Assembly (NCBI GenBank): GCA_003484955.1
Contig: DMZH01000002.1
Span: 78,825 to 142,824, forward strand
Length of the DNA stretch: 64,000 nt
From: Candidatus Woesebacteria bacterium
Lineage (GTDB): Bacteria; Patescibacteriota; Microgenomatia; UBA8517
Direction of reading: 5' to 3'
In this document: positions 9,159 to 18,603 of the stretch, piece after piece
Layout: each line of letters opens with the position of its first letter
Position numbering within the stretch: the stretch's first letter is position 1
Made by a program: the position numbers and the translations under genes
Notes under the pieces: generated by a model
Databases searched by the model: none
Told to the model about the DNA's origin: nothing
The model's input: the letters and a program-made list of their open reading frames with translations, nothing else

Positions 9159-10101
9159 TGCAAAATTAGTTATATACCAAACAAAATCAGGGTCGCTTGA
9201 ATTTAAAGGTGATTTTGAGAAAGATACTATTTGGGCTACACAGTCTCAAATAGTGGAACTTTTTTCTGTTGATCAGTCTGTAGTGTCCAGACATATCCGC
9301 AATATCTTTGATGAGGGTGAGGTTTCCTCTAAAAGCAATATGCAGAAAATGCATATTGCAAATTCTGATAAGCCGGTAGTTTTTTATTCACTTGATGTTG
9401 TATTGGCGGTTGGTTATAGAACTAATTCGAAAATTGCTATAGATTTCAGAAAATGGGCGACAAAAGTCCTAAGGCAGCATATTTTGGAAGGTTACACTAT
9501 AAATCGGAGACTTATCTCAAGAAATTACCAGTCATATTTGAAGGCTGTCGAGAATGTCAAAAAATACCTCCCTGTAAGTGACAAACTAAAAACATCAGAT
9601 GTTTTAGATTTGGTTAAAATGTTTGCTTCAACTTGGTTGTCCCTGGATTCGTATGACAAGGACGGATTACCCAAGAAGGGAAGTACTAAAAGACAAATAA
9701 CAGTTACATCAAATGATTTGTCGGAAGCTTTATCGAATCTCAAGGAAAGCCTGATAAAACAAGGTATAGCCACAGATCTTTTTGGTCAAGGAAGACAGAA
9801 AAACGATGTTGATTCAATCATCAAAAATGTTTTTCAATCCTATGCCGGCAAAGATTTATATCCGACCTTGGAGGAGAAAGCAGCAAATTTACTTTATTTC
9901 ATTGCAAAAGGTCACCCCTTTTTGGATGGAAACAAAAGAAGCGCTGCATTCGCATTTGTCTGGTTTTTGAGGAAAGCCAATATTTTAAATATTTCTGAGA
10001 TTACCCCGGAGGCATTAACTGCTTTGACTCTTCTTGTTGCAGAAAGTAACCCCAAGGATAAAGGAAAAATAATTGGATTGATTCTGATGTTAATAAAATA
10101 A
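9145..10101 (+). CDS. RhuM-family N-terminal domain fused to a Fic/Doc domain
   Basis: TIWATQSQIVELF, YSLDVVLAVGYRTNS, FRKWA (RhuM-like); YPTLEEKAA and HPFLDGNKRSA (Doc-type Fic motif). Confidence 0.9.
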   Translation: MRKNNAKLVIYQTKSGSLEFKGDFEKDTIWATQSQIVELFSVDQSVVSRHIRNIFDEGEVSSKSNMQKMHIANSDKPVVFYSLDVVLAVGYRTNSKIAIDFRKWATKVLRQHILEGYTINRRLISRNYQSYLKAVENVKKYLPVSDKLKTSDVLDLVKMFASTWLSLDSYDKDGLPKKGSTKRQITVTSNDLSEALSNLKESLIKQGIATDLFGQGRQKNDVDSIIKNVFQSYAGKDLYPTLEEKAANLLYFIAKGHPFLDGNKRSAAFAFVWFLRKANILNISEITPEALTALTLLVAESNPKDKGKIIGLILMLIK

Positions 10102-10103
10102 TA

Positions 10104-11387
10104 ATGAAAAAAATATTTGATTGGGGAAGACAAATGCTTTTTTCTGCCACCGCCAAAGACACGTTTGTGCTTTTTGTCGGAAATTTAGGAGCTGCCTTTT
10201 GGGGTTTTCTTTTCATATTATTTGTTGCCCGCTCCTTGAGTGTTTATGATTTTGGTATTTTTTCTGCCGCACTCAATCTGGTTGTGATTCTTGCGTCCCT
10301 TGCTGATATAGGAATTTCGACAGGTTCTGTTAATTTTGTATCCGTCCACTCAGCAAAAGGTGAGCATGAAAAGGCCAATGAATATGTAAAAGCTTCATTT
10401 CTAATCAGACTTTTTATAGTTTTGGGAATTTCGGTGATAATCGTCGTATTTGCGCCTTTTGTTTCAAAGACTTTTCTGGCAACTCAGGACCCCAAAATCG
10501 CCATTTGGGCAGCCGTTATCCCAATTTTTCTTTTTCCGGATTTGTTTTTCCCATACATCCTGCAGGCAAAGAAAAAATTTCTTCACTCAACAATTATTGA
10601 TAATGCCTTTTATATTGCAAGGCTTTTATTTGCCCTGGCTTTTTACACAATTGGAGGCTTGACTATGTCCAAAGCTTTTTGGGCGTTTGGAGTAGGGTTC
10701 GCGGCGTCGCTTGTGTTTATTTTTATCTATTTGAAACCTGATTTTTTTAGGTCCCACCCAGGAAAAGAGGAATATAAAAAATTACTTAAATATTCCGGAT
10801 GGATTGGGGTCAACAGAATTATTTCTTCAGTTTCAGGGAGACTCGATGTTCAAATGCTGGCGACAATGGCAGGAGCTCTTGCAACAGGTCTTTATTCAAT
10901 TCCCTCAAGACTTGCATCTTTTATTATAGTTTTATCCGGAAGTTTTTCCGCAGTACTTGCTCCAAGACTTGCCGGATTTGGTAACAAAGAAAACGAGAAG
11001 AAATATATCCTTAAATCTCTTATCGCCCTTTTGCCGATTACGGCAGGAATAGTACTTTGGATAATAATTGCCAAACCTTTTATACTCACACTTTTCGGGG
11101 ATAAATATATAGACTCTGTTCCTGTTTTTCAGGCTTTGGCTCTCGCACAAATTCCATTTTTATTTACAGTTCCTTCCGTATCGGCCATTATTTACGCCAT
11201 GAAGAAAACCGTATTTATTGGAACTTTTTCATTTTTCCAGATAGCAGCCATTTTTCTTTTAAACTTTTTCCTGATTCCTAAATTCGGGGTTTTTGGGCCA
11301 ACTATTACCCTAGGAGTTACAAACATAATCCTAGCGGTCTATACGTGGGTGATAGTTATTAAATACTATTGGAAAGATAAATCCTAA
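10104..11387 (+). CDS. Wzx-like oligosaccharide flippase (MOP family)
   Basis: 427 aa polytopic; ARSLS..DFGIF, DIGI, GRLDVQML, GLYS, LIPKFG..G patterns. Confidence 0.88.
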   Translation: MKKIFDWGRQMLFSATAKDTFVLFVGNLGAAFWGFLFILFVARSLSVYDFGIFSAALNLVVILASLADIGISTGSVNFVSVHSAKGEHEKANEYVKASFLIRLFIVLGISVIIVVFAPFVSKTFLATQDPKIAIWAAVIPIFLFPDLFFPYILQAKKKFLHSTIIDNAFYIARLLFALAFYTIGGLTMSKAFWAFGVGFAASLVFIFIYLKPDFFRSHPGKEEYKKLLKYSGWIGVNRIISSVSGRLDVQMLATMAGALATGLYSIPSRLASFIIVLSGSFSAVLAPRLAGFGNKENEKKYILKSLIALLPITAGIVLWIIIAKPFILTLFGDKYIDSVPVFQALALAQIPFLFTVPSVSAIIYAMKKTVFIGTFSFFQIAAIFLLNFFLIPKFGVFGPTITLGVTNIILAVYTWVIVIKYYWKDKS

Positions 11388-13246
11388 ATAAAGTATGCTC
11401 TGTACCAAAGCTCCAATGACATGAGTGTCCAAAGGCGCGGACCAAAATCCTGAGTTTTGTTGTTATCCTCAATCATTGATTTAACATAGTTAACATCAAA
11501 TACGTCTTTTACAAATGATTTTTTATTGAGCAAAACACTTTTCGCGTAAGAGTTAAGTTCACCCGAGAACCATTTGTTTAAAGGGATGGTAAAGCCCATT
11601 TTTGGTCTATAAAGATTTTCTTTTGGCACAATCTTTTCAAAAGCTTTTTTCAAAATATATTTAGATTCTCCACTTTTCATTTTAAGATTGAATGGAATTT
11701 TGCAGGCCAGCTCAACCATCTTTTGATCCAGGAGGGGAGACCTGGCTTCAAGTGAAACAGCCATGGAAGCAATATCCACTTTTGTTAAGAGTTGATCGGG
11801 AAGAAAATATTGAAGATCAAATTTTAGCCCGGCATCTTTTAAATCCTTGCCGTTAAAATTTCTAAAACAATCATTTACTGTTTGATAAGGATTGCTTCTT
11901 TTTGCCAGTGAAAGAATATTCCCCCTTGAATGGTTTATCAGTTCATCCGGGTTAAAAATTTGATTGTATGATGCAAATCTGCTGTAAAGGGGAAGTTTCG
12001 CTTTCTCAAAAAAATTATTAGCTTTTGGGAATGATTTTAAGAGCTTTGCGGCAAGAGGTCTCATATCCTGAATCCAATAGTCATAATCTACATCCCGTTT
12101 TAGTCTCATGTATCTGTTTGGGTATCCGCCAAAATTTTCATCCCCTCCGTCACCGTTTAGGGCCACGGTTACATATTTTTTTGTCATTTTGGAAACCATA
12201 TAAGTAACAATATTACTTGCGTCTGCGAATGGTTCCTCATACTGCCTTGCCAGGCCGGGTAAGGTTTCAACAGATTGCGGCTTTGCAATTAAGACGTGGT
12301 GATCTGTCTTGTAGCGTTTAGCAATATTTTTAGCGTATCGGCTTTCATCTAATTTTTTATCCGCAAAAGCTATGGTAAAAGTTTTTACAGGCTTTGGAGA
12401 TAGGGCTGCCATAGCAGCTACCACGCCGCTACTGTCAACCCCTCCGGAAAGGAAGGCTCCAATAGGTACGTCCGAAATCATGCGAAGGCGGGTTGATTGC
12501 TCCAAGGTGTCGAGTATTCTTTTGCACCATTCGCGCTCACTTAAATGTAGTTTATTTCTATACCTTGGCTGCCAATATCGGATCTTTTGAACAGTTTTCC
12601 TGGCCAAGTTAATTAATAGATAAGTTCCTGGTTCCAGTTTCTTAATACTCTCAAAGCCTGTCATTGGAGCAGGACAGTATCCGTAAGTCAAATAAAGTTG
12701 TAAGGCTTTGTAGTCTGGAGATTTTGTAAATCCTGTTTGGGTGAGAATGGCTTTCAGCTCAGAAGCAAAAATTATTTGTGAGCCATCCAGAAAGTATTTA
12801 AGCGGTTTTTTGCCGATTCTATCGCGGGCCAGAAATAAAGTTTCGTTAACATTGTCATATATTGCAAAAGCAAACATTCCTCTTAAATGTTTGAGGCAGG
12901 AGACTCCATATTTTGAGTAAAGAGCCAAAACAACTTCCGTATCCGTTTCCGAACTAAATTTATATCCTTCCTTTACTAGTTTTTCTTTTTCTTCTTTGAA
13001 GTTGTAGATTTCTCCGTTAAAAGTTATTACATATCTGTCTCCGTATTTCATCGGTTGATGTCCCCGGGTGGATAAATCTATTATTGCCAGGCGCCTGCTG
13101 GCAAAACCCACTCTTTTATTTTTTGAAACGAAGAACCCTTCATCATCCGGACCCCTGTGGGTAATGGAGGTAGACATCATTTTCAGTTCACCCAGATGAA
13201 CTTCGTGGTTTTTATTAAAGTATGCCTTACCGGCAATTCCGCACAT
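11384..13246 (-). CDS. asnB: Asparagine synthase (glutamine-hydrolysing)-family amidotransferase, glycan-associated
   Basis: True start MCGIAG at 13246; HRGPD, RLAIIDLS, FNGEIYN, FLSGGVDSS, GDGGDE, E.RSPLLD, RPKMGF. Confidence 0.93.
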   Translation of the reverse strand: MCGIAGKAYFNKNHEVHLGELKMMSTSITHRGPDDEGFFVSKNKRVGFASRRLAIIDLSTRGHQPMKYGDRYVITFNGEIYNFKEEKEKLVKEGYKFSSETDTEVVLALYSKYGVSCLKHLRGMFAFAIYDNVNETLFLARDRIGKKPLKYFLDGSQIIFASELKAILTQTGFTKSPDYKALQLYLTYGYCPAPMTGFESIKKLEPGTYLLINLARKTVQKIRYWQPRYRNKLHLSEREWCKRILDTLEQSTRLRMISDVPIGAFLSGGVDSSGVVAAMAALSPKPVKTFTIAFADKKLDESRYAKNIAKRYKTDHHVLIAKPQSVETLPGLARQYEEPFADASNIVTYMVSKMTKKYVTVALNGDGGDENFGGYPNRYMRLKRDVDYDYWIQDMRPLAAKLLKSFPKANNFFEKAKLPLYSRFASYNQIFNPDELINHSRGNILSLAKRSNPYQTVNDCFRNFNGKDLKDAGLKFDLQYFLPDQLLTKVDIASMAVSLEARSPLLDQKMVELACKIPFNLKMKSGESKYILKKAFEKIVPKENLYRPKMGFTIPLNKWFSGELNSYAKSVLLNKKSFVKDVFDVNYVKSMIEDNNKTQDFGPRLWTLMSLELWYRAYFI

Positions 13247-13299
13247 CTCCCAGCAATTGTACAGCAGAAATTTAGGTTTAAAAAGGTTACAATTGAGGT

Positions 13300-14139
13300 A
13301 TGCAGGTTTGGGCCCATACACTTGTAAAGAACGAAGAAAAATGGCTTTGGTATTCTGTCACCTCAGTAATTGATCACGTAGATAAACTTCTCTTGTGGGA
13401 CACAGGAAGCACAGATAAAAGTATTGAGATAGAGAAAGAGTTAGAGAAAAAATACCCGGGAAAAATCGAACTTAAGCAAAGAAAAATTACTTCCCCCTCC
13501 GACTTTACAAAAACGCGTCAGGAAATGCTTGATGTGACATCCTCCGATTGGTTCATAGTTCTTGATGCAGATGAGATTTGGTATGAAGATTCTATAAAGA
13601 AATTTATTGGGACAATTAACAATAGAGGACAAAACATTGAATCGGTTGTTGTACCGACAATTAATTTAGTAGGGGATATCTTTCATCGACAAGCCGAGTC
13701 TGCCGGAAGATATAAGTTTGGCAGTAGAGTGGGGCATTATAATTTGAGAGCCGTAAAGCGGAATATCCCGGGACTTCATTCGGAGGGTGTTCATGGGGTT
13801 TGGGGTTGGGTAGATGATGAAAATAAAATGATCCAAGACAGAGACTCGGAAAAAGTAAAATTTGTCGATGCTCCTTATTTGCACGCCTCATTTTTACCAA
13901 GAGGTGGAACAAAAGGAAAGGATTTGGAAGTTGTCAAAAGATCAAAAAAACTAAAGCATGAGTTGGGAGAAAATCTTTCAAAAGATTTTTATTACCCCGA
14001 AGTTTTTTTCAAGGAGAAACCCAATTTTATTCCAAGTCCGTGGAGTACAATGTCAGCATCTTTTAAATTTAGAGCTTTTTTTGAAACACCTCTTCGGAAA
14101 ATGAAAAGGGTAATTTGGTGGGGTAGAGCCGGATACTAA
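13300..14139 (+). CDS. Glycosyltransferase family 2-like
   Basis: VKNEE, DTGSTD, WFIVLDADE (DxD). Confidence 0.88.
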   Translation: MQVWAHTLVKNEEKWLWYSVTSVIDHVDKLLLWDTGSTDKSIEIEKELEKKYPGKIELKQRKITSPSDFTKTRQEMLDVTSSDWFIVLDADEIWYEDSIKKFIGTINNRGQNIESVVVPTINLVGDIFHRQAESAGRYKFGSRVGHYNLRAVKRNIPGLHSEGVHGVWGWVDDENKMIQDRDSEKVKFVDAPYLHASFLPRGGTKGKDLEVVKRSKKLKHELGENLSKDFYYPEVFFKEKPNFIPSPWSTMSASFKFRAFFETPLRKMKRVIWWGRAGY

Positions 14140-14148
14140 TAATAAATT

Positions 14149-15495
14149 ATGAAGAAAAAAGATTATATATTGGTGACTGGAATTTTAGCGGTTCATTTAT
14201 TGCTTTTGATTGTTTTAAAGTTTACTGCCTGGCCGGAAATGAGCCTTTGGCCATACCTTATTGCCAAAGGATGGTTGCCCTACAGGGATATCGCCATTGC
14301 CCATACTCCCCTCATGCTTTTTGACCTGGGTCTTTTCTACAAGATTTTCGGTACAGGAATACTTCAGCTGAAAATATTTACTTGGCTCCTGATTCTGATT
14401 TTTGACGGACTCGTCTTTTTTGTTGCCAGAAAACTTTGGAATACAAAAGCCGCATTTATTGCGCTTGGTGCCTTTGCCTTCTGGAACCTTTTTTACGATG
14501 GTAACGGGCTTTGGTTTGATCTTTATATGGGTCTAATGGTCTTTTGTTCTTTCTACTTTGCAAGACAGAAAAAGTGGCTTTGGACGGGAGTTTTCTGGGC
14601 ATTGGCTTTTGTTTCCAAACAAACAGCTGTTTGGTTTTTGATTCCAATCTTGTTGGAATTAGAACAAAGTACAAAGTACAGAGTACAGAATTTTAAAAAA
14701 CTAATTACAGGGACTCTGTCGGTTTTTGTTCCGTTCTTTTTGATAATGTGGGCGGTTGGGGTTTTGCCGGACTTCTGGAACTGGGCTGTAAAGTTTGGAA
14801 TTTTCATTCTTCCCAAAGCTCAGGGGCAAGTTCAGCTTCCGGATTTTAAAAATCTGGCTGTGGCAACATTCCCGTTTCTGATTTTTATTCCGCTTATTCT
14901 AAAATCCGGCCGCAAAAATCTTAATATATTAGTTTGGGCAGTTGCCGGAAGCCTCGGGGCGTTTCCCAGGTTTGAATTTTTCCATTTTCAGTCGGCAGTT
15001 CCCTTTTTGGCGATTGCAACAGGATTGGTGTTTGAAAGAGTCAAAAAGGAAAAAAAGTTATTCAAACCACTTGTTCCGGTTTACATTACCGTTTCAATAA
15101 TTCTTTTCGCGGGCTTTTTCATGAGAAATTTTAAGGAAGGCACCAGATTTTATGAAGCTAATGTTGTCAATGTTATAACGTTTGTAAATTACAACACAAA
15201 GCCTGGGGACAAAATATTTGTTCTGAACTGGTGGGACAACATATATGCACTAACAGATACGTTGCCAGCTACCGATCCCTGGGTTCCGCAGCTTTCCTGG
15301 TATATAGAGATTCCCGGGGTACAGGAAAAAATGGTGGAGGATCTGAAAGCAAATCCGCCGAAAATGATAATTTACAATTCCTATACAATGTCCGGACTTT
15401 CATCATATATTCCCCAAAAGGTTTACAATTTTGTCACGGAAAATTATAAAATCACTCAGAGGGTTGATAACCTGGAGGTATTAACTAAAAAATAA
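14149..15495 (+). CDS. Polytopic membrane protein, GT-C-like
   Basis: G.LPYRD...HTP loop, SKQ motif, many TM helices, soluble C-terminal domain. Confidence 0.65.
   Translation: MKKKDYILVTGILAVHLLLLIVLKFTAWPEMSLWPYLIAKGWLPYRDIAIAHTPLMLFDLGLFYKIFGTGILQLKIFTWLLILIFDGLVFFVARKLWNTKAAFIALGAFAFWNLFYDGNGLWFDLYMGLMVFCSFYFARQKKWLWTGVFWALAFVSKQTAVWFLIPILLELEQSTKYRVQNFKKLITGTLSVFVPFFLIMWAVGVLPDFWNWAVKFGIFILPKAQGQVQLPDFKNLAVATFPFLIFIPLILKSGRKNLNILVWAVAGSLGAFPRFEFFHFQSAVPFLAIATGLVFERVKKEKKLFKPLVPVYITVSIILFAGFFMRNFKEGTRFYEANVVNVITFVNYNTKPGDKIFVLNWWDNIYALTDTLPATDPWVPQLSWYIEIPGVQEKMVEDLKANPPKMIIYNSYTMSGLSSYIPQKVYNFVTENYKITQRVDNLEVLTKK
14664..14691 (+). repeat. 7-bp tandem repeat, 4 copies, inside a CDS
   Basis: ACAAAGT ACAAAGT ACAGAGT ACAGAAT; encodes QSTKYRVQN. 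Confidence 0.8.
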
Positions 15496-15496
15496 G

Positions 15497-16435
15497 GTGA
15501 AAATCGCGTTTTTAAATAAATATCAAGAAAAAGTTCGGCGTGGAGCGGAGACTTTTGTCTTCGAGCTTTCGAATCGCCTGTCCGAGCACCACAAAGTTGA
15601 CGTCATCGCAGATATTAACTATTTGAATCTTCTGAAAGGCAAATACGATGTAATTATTCCGACAAACGGAAGATTCCAGGTTGTTCTGGTTAGGATTATT
15701 TCCCTACTGACTGGAGCCAAAATGATAGTTTCGGGCCAATCCGGAATGGGTTGGGATGATAAAGTGAATTTGTATTCATGCCCCAATGCTTTTGTCGCAC
15801 TTTCCAAGAAAGCTCTAGCTTGGGCAAAGGAGGTCAACCCCCGCGTTAAATCTTTGTATATTCCAAACGGAGTGGACCTAACTAAATTTAATCCAAAAGG
15901 GAAAGTGTATAAAACAAGGATTAAAAAACCTGTGGTTCTTTGTGGAGGTGCTTTTACTCCTCAAAAAAGAATGGATTTGTCGATTAAAGCTGTCGCCAAA
16001 CTTCCCGGGGTAAGCCTTTTAATGGTTGGTGGGGGAGGAGAGCTTAGGGGAGAGCTGGAAAGATATGGAGAAAAGATTTTGGGTAAGGACAGATTTGAAC
16101 TTTTATCGGTTCCTTTTGAGAAAATGCCAGAGATTTATAGAGCCGCAGATGTGTTTACACTTCCCTCAAGGCCGTCTGAATCATTCGGAAATGTTTTAGT
16201 TGAAGCAATGGCCACCAATTTGCCGGTTGTGGCAACAAATGACCCTGTCAGGAGCGGGATTGTTGGGGAGGCAGGGCTTCTGGTTGACCCGACGGATACA
16301 AAGGCTTATGCCAAGGCGATCGAAAAAGCACTGAATCAAAATTGGGAAGGTAAACCAAGAGAACAGGCAAAAAAGTTTTCCTGGGACGAAATCGCCAAAA
16401 AGTATGAAGACTTGTTTAATGAACTAAAAAAATGA
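15497..16435 (+). CDS. Glycosyltransferase family 4 (compact)
   Basis: RGAETF, IPNGVD, SESFGNVLVEAMA. Confidence 0.92.
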   Translation: MKIAFLNKYQEKVRRGAETFVFELSNRLSEHHKVDVIADINYLNLLKGKYDVIIPTNGRFQVVLVRIISLLTGAKMIVSGQSGMGWDDKVNLYSCPNAFVALSKKALAWAKEVNPRVKSLYIPNGVDLTKFNPKGKVYKTRIKKPVVLCGGAFTPQKRMDLSIKAVAKLPGVSLLMVGGGGELRGELERYGEKILGKDRFELLSVPFEKMPEIYRAADVFTLPSRPSESFGNVLVEAMATNLPVVATNDPVRSGIVGEAGLLVDPTDTKAYAKAIEKALNQNWEGKPREQAKKFSWDEIAKKYEDLFNELKK

Positions 16436-17268
16436 TTTCAGTAATAATTCCCACATACAACGAAGAAAAAGTATTGTCCGATTGTATAGAGTCTTTAGGG
16501 TTCCAAACTTATACAGACTTTGAAATTATTATCGTTGATGACGGCTCTACCGACGGAACTTTAGAAATTCTCAAAAATTTGGAAAAGTCCCTGCCGAGTT
16601 TTAAATCTTTTCAGGAGAACCATAAGGGAGCAGGTGCGGCAAGAAATTTGGGGGCAGGGCACGCGAATGGGGAAATTCTGGTTTTTGTGGATGCAGACAT
16701 GACTTTTGATAAAAACTTCTTGGAAAAACTTACCGAGCCGATTCGTAAAAGTTTGGCAAAAGGAACTTTCAGCAAAGAAGAAATTGTATCCAATTGGGAT
16801 AACCCCTGGTCAAGATGCTGGAACATAAACGAGGGGTGGGAGGAGAAACGTCGCCACCCCAAAAACTTCCCCGATCACCAGCCTGTTTTTAGGGCAATTC
16901 TGAAAAGTGAATTTGATAAAGTCGGTGGATTTACCCCCGGAGGATATGATGACGATTGGAGCCTGAGTAGAAAGCTTGGCTATGAAGCGGTTATGGCACC
17001 AGGTGCCGTCTTCTACCATAAAAACCCTTCAAGCCCGGGTGAAATATTTAACCATGCAAAGTGGGTAGGGAAGAGGAAATACAAATTCGGAATTTTTGGA
17101 AGTTTTGCTGGTTTAATTAGGGCATCACTGCCCGTTTCTCTGATTGTGGGGATTTATAAATCTCTCTTAACATTAAATTTAAAATTTATGATTTTTAAAT
17201 TAGTTTATGATTTTGGCATTTTTGTGGGTATTCTGGAATACATAATCACAAAAAGAGGATCAAAGTGA
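16432..17268 (+). CDS. Glycosyltransferase family 2
   Basis: ISVIIPTYNEE, VDDGSTD, GAARN.G, FVDAD. Confidence 0.93.
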   Translation: MISVIIPTYNEEKVLSDCIESLGFQTYTDFEIIIVDDGSTDGTLEILKNLEKSLPSFKSFQENHKGAGAARNLGAGHANGEILVFVDADMTFDKNFLEKLTEPIRKSLAKGTFSKEEIVSNWDNPWSRCWNINEGWEEKRRHPKNFPDHQPVFRAILKSEFDKVGGFTPGGYDDDWSLSRKLGYEAVMAPGAVFYHKNPSSPGEIFNHAKWVGKRKYKFGIFGSFAGLIRASLPVSLIVGIYKSLLTLNLKFMIFKLVYDFGIFVGILEYIITKRGSK

Positions 17269-18599
17269 AAAAAATTCTTCTAAAAAACAGACTGCTACTG
17301 ACTTTGTTTGTAGGGTTACTACTTCGTCTGATATCCATTGATCAATCTCTTTGGCTTGATGAGGCAACAACCGCTCTCGCGGCTAAGATGCCTTTGGCGG
17401 ATATTTTTACCAAATTTCTACCGGGAGATTTCCACCCCCCGCTTTATTATCTTTTAATGAAAGGGTGGGGTAGCCTCTTTGGGTTGTCTGAAATTTCTCT
17501 CCGGACCCCCTCTGTTATTTTTGGTATTCTGACGATTTATTTTATTTATCTCATTGCCAAAAAAATATTTGATACCAAGACTGCAAGAATTGCCTCAATA
17601 TTGGCGGCAACGTCCGGCCTTTTAATTTATTACTCACAGGAAGCCAGAATGTACTCTTTGGCCGCGTTTTTGGCTACCCTGCTTTTTTATCTATTTCTGG
17701 AAAAGAAATGGGTGCTTTTTTCTATTTTTCTACCCATCCTGGCGATGACCGATTATGTTTCTCTTCTGATTATTCCGGTTTTTTGGCTTCTAGGATATAA
17801 GGACTGGAAAAAATTGGCTCTGGCCCACATTCCGCTTTTTATTATATTGATAGCCTGGCTGCCAACGTTCTTGAGCCAACTTTCGGGAGGGTTTTCGGTG
17901 CAGGGATCGGCCTGGTGGAACCTACTAGGTACAATCTCGCTTAAAAATATCGCATTGATCCCTGTTAAATTTATATTCGGAAGGATCAGCTTTAATAATA
18001 AAATTTTGTATGGCGCGGTTTCGCTGGCTTCGGCATTTTTATATGCCTTTTTACTGACCTTACGGCGGCCTTTAAAGGGTTTCTCCCACAAGGTTCTTTG
18101 GGCATGGCTCATTGTACCGATTCTTCTGTCAATTTTAATAAGCATTAAGATTCCTATTCTTTACTATTTCAGATTTCTTTTTTGTCTTCCTGCCTTTTAC
18201 ATTTTGGCGGCGGGAGGGCTGACAAGTTTAAAAGGCAAAACGTTTTGGATATTTTTATCCACAGCCATTTTGATAAACATTGCCTCATCCTCTCTATATT
18301 TATTTAATCCAAAGTTCCAAAGGGAAAATTGGAGAGCAGTTGCGGAGGCTGTTGGCGCAGACGCTATAATTTATCCCTCGAATTCTCAAAAAGAAGCACT
18401 TACCTATTACCAAAAAGGCGGACAAATAGTTTATTTTCAAAATTTCAGTGGAGAGCCGAGGGTGGTTTGGTTATCAAGATATGTCTGGCAGATATTTGAT
18501 TCCAAGGACATGGCGCGGATTAAAATCGAAAATTTAGGATATAATAAAGTCCAGGAACTGAACCTGAACGGCGTTGAGTTTTGGAAGTATATAAAATAA
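17265..18599 (+). CDS. GT-C/PMT (family 39-like) membrane glycosyltransferase
   Basis: QSLWLDE, DFHPPLYY, SLR.PS, YSQEARMYSL signature motifs. Confidence 0.88.
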   Translation: MKKILLKNRLLLTLFVGLLLRLISIDQSLWLDEATTALAAKMPLADIFTKFLPGDFHPPLYYLLMKGWGSLFGLSEISLRTPSVIFGILTIYFIYLIAKKIFDTKTARIASILAATSGLLIYYSQEARMYSLAAFLATLLFYLFLEKKWVLFSIFLPILAMTDYVSLLIIPVFWLLGYKDWKKLALAHIPLFIILIAWLPTFLSQLSGGFSVQGSAWWNLLGTISLKNIALIPVKFIFGRISFNNKILYGAVSLASAFLYAFLLTLRRPLKGFSHKVLWAWLIVPILLSILISIKIPILYYFRFLFCLPAFYILAAGGLTSLKGKTFWIFLSTAILINIASSSLYLFNPKFQRENWRAVAEAVGADAIIYPSNSQKEALTYYQKGGQIVYFQNFSGEPRVVWLSRYVWQIFDSKDMARIKIENLGYNKVQELNLNGVEFWKYIK

Positions 18600-18603
18600 T
18601 AAA

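Noticed and set aside
13247..13321. N-terminal extensions in the ORF track for asnB, LCP (to 40293), znuB (from 34904), murB, cupin and others
   Set aside because: Family N-termini (e.g. catalytic Cys2 of AsnB), overlaps and upstream -10 boxes favour the downstream starts
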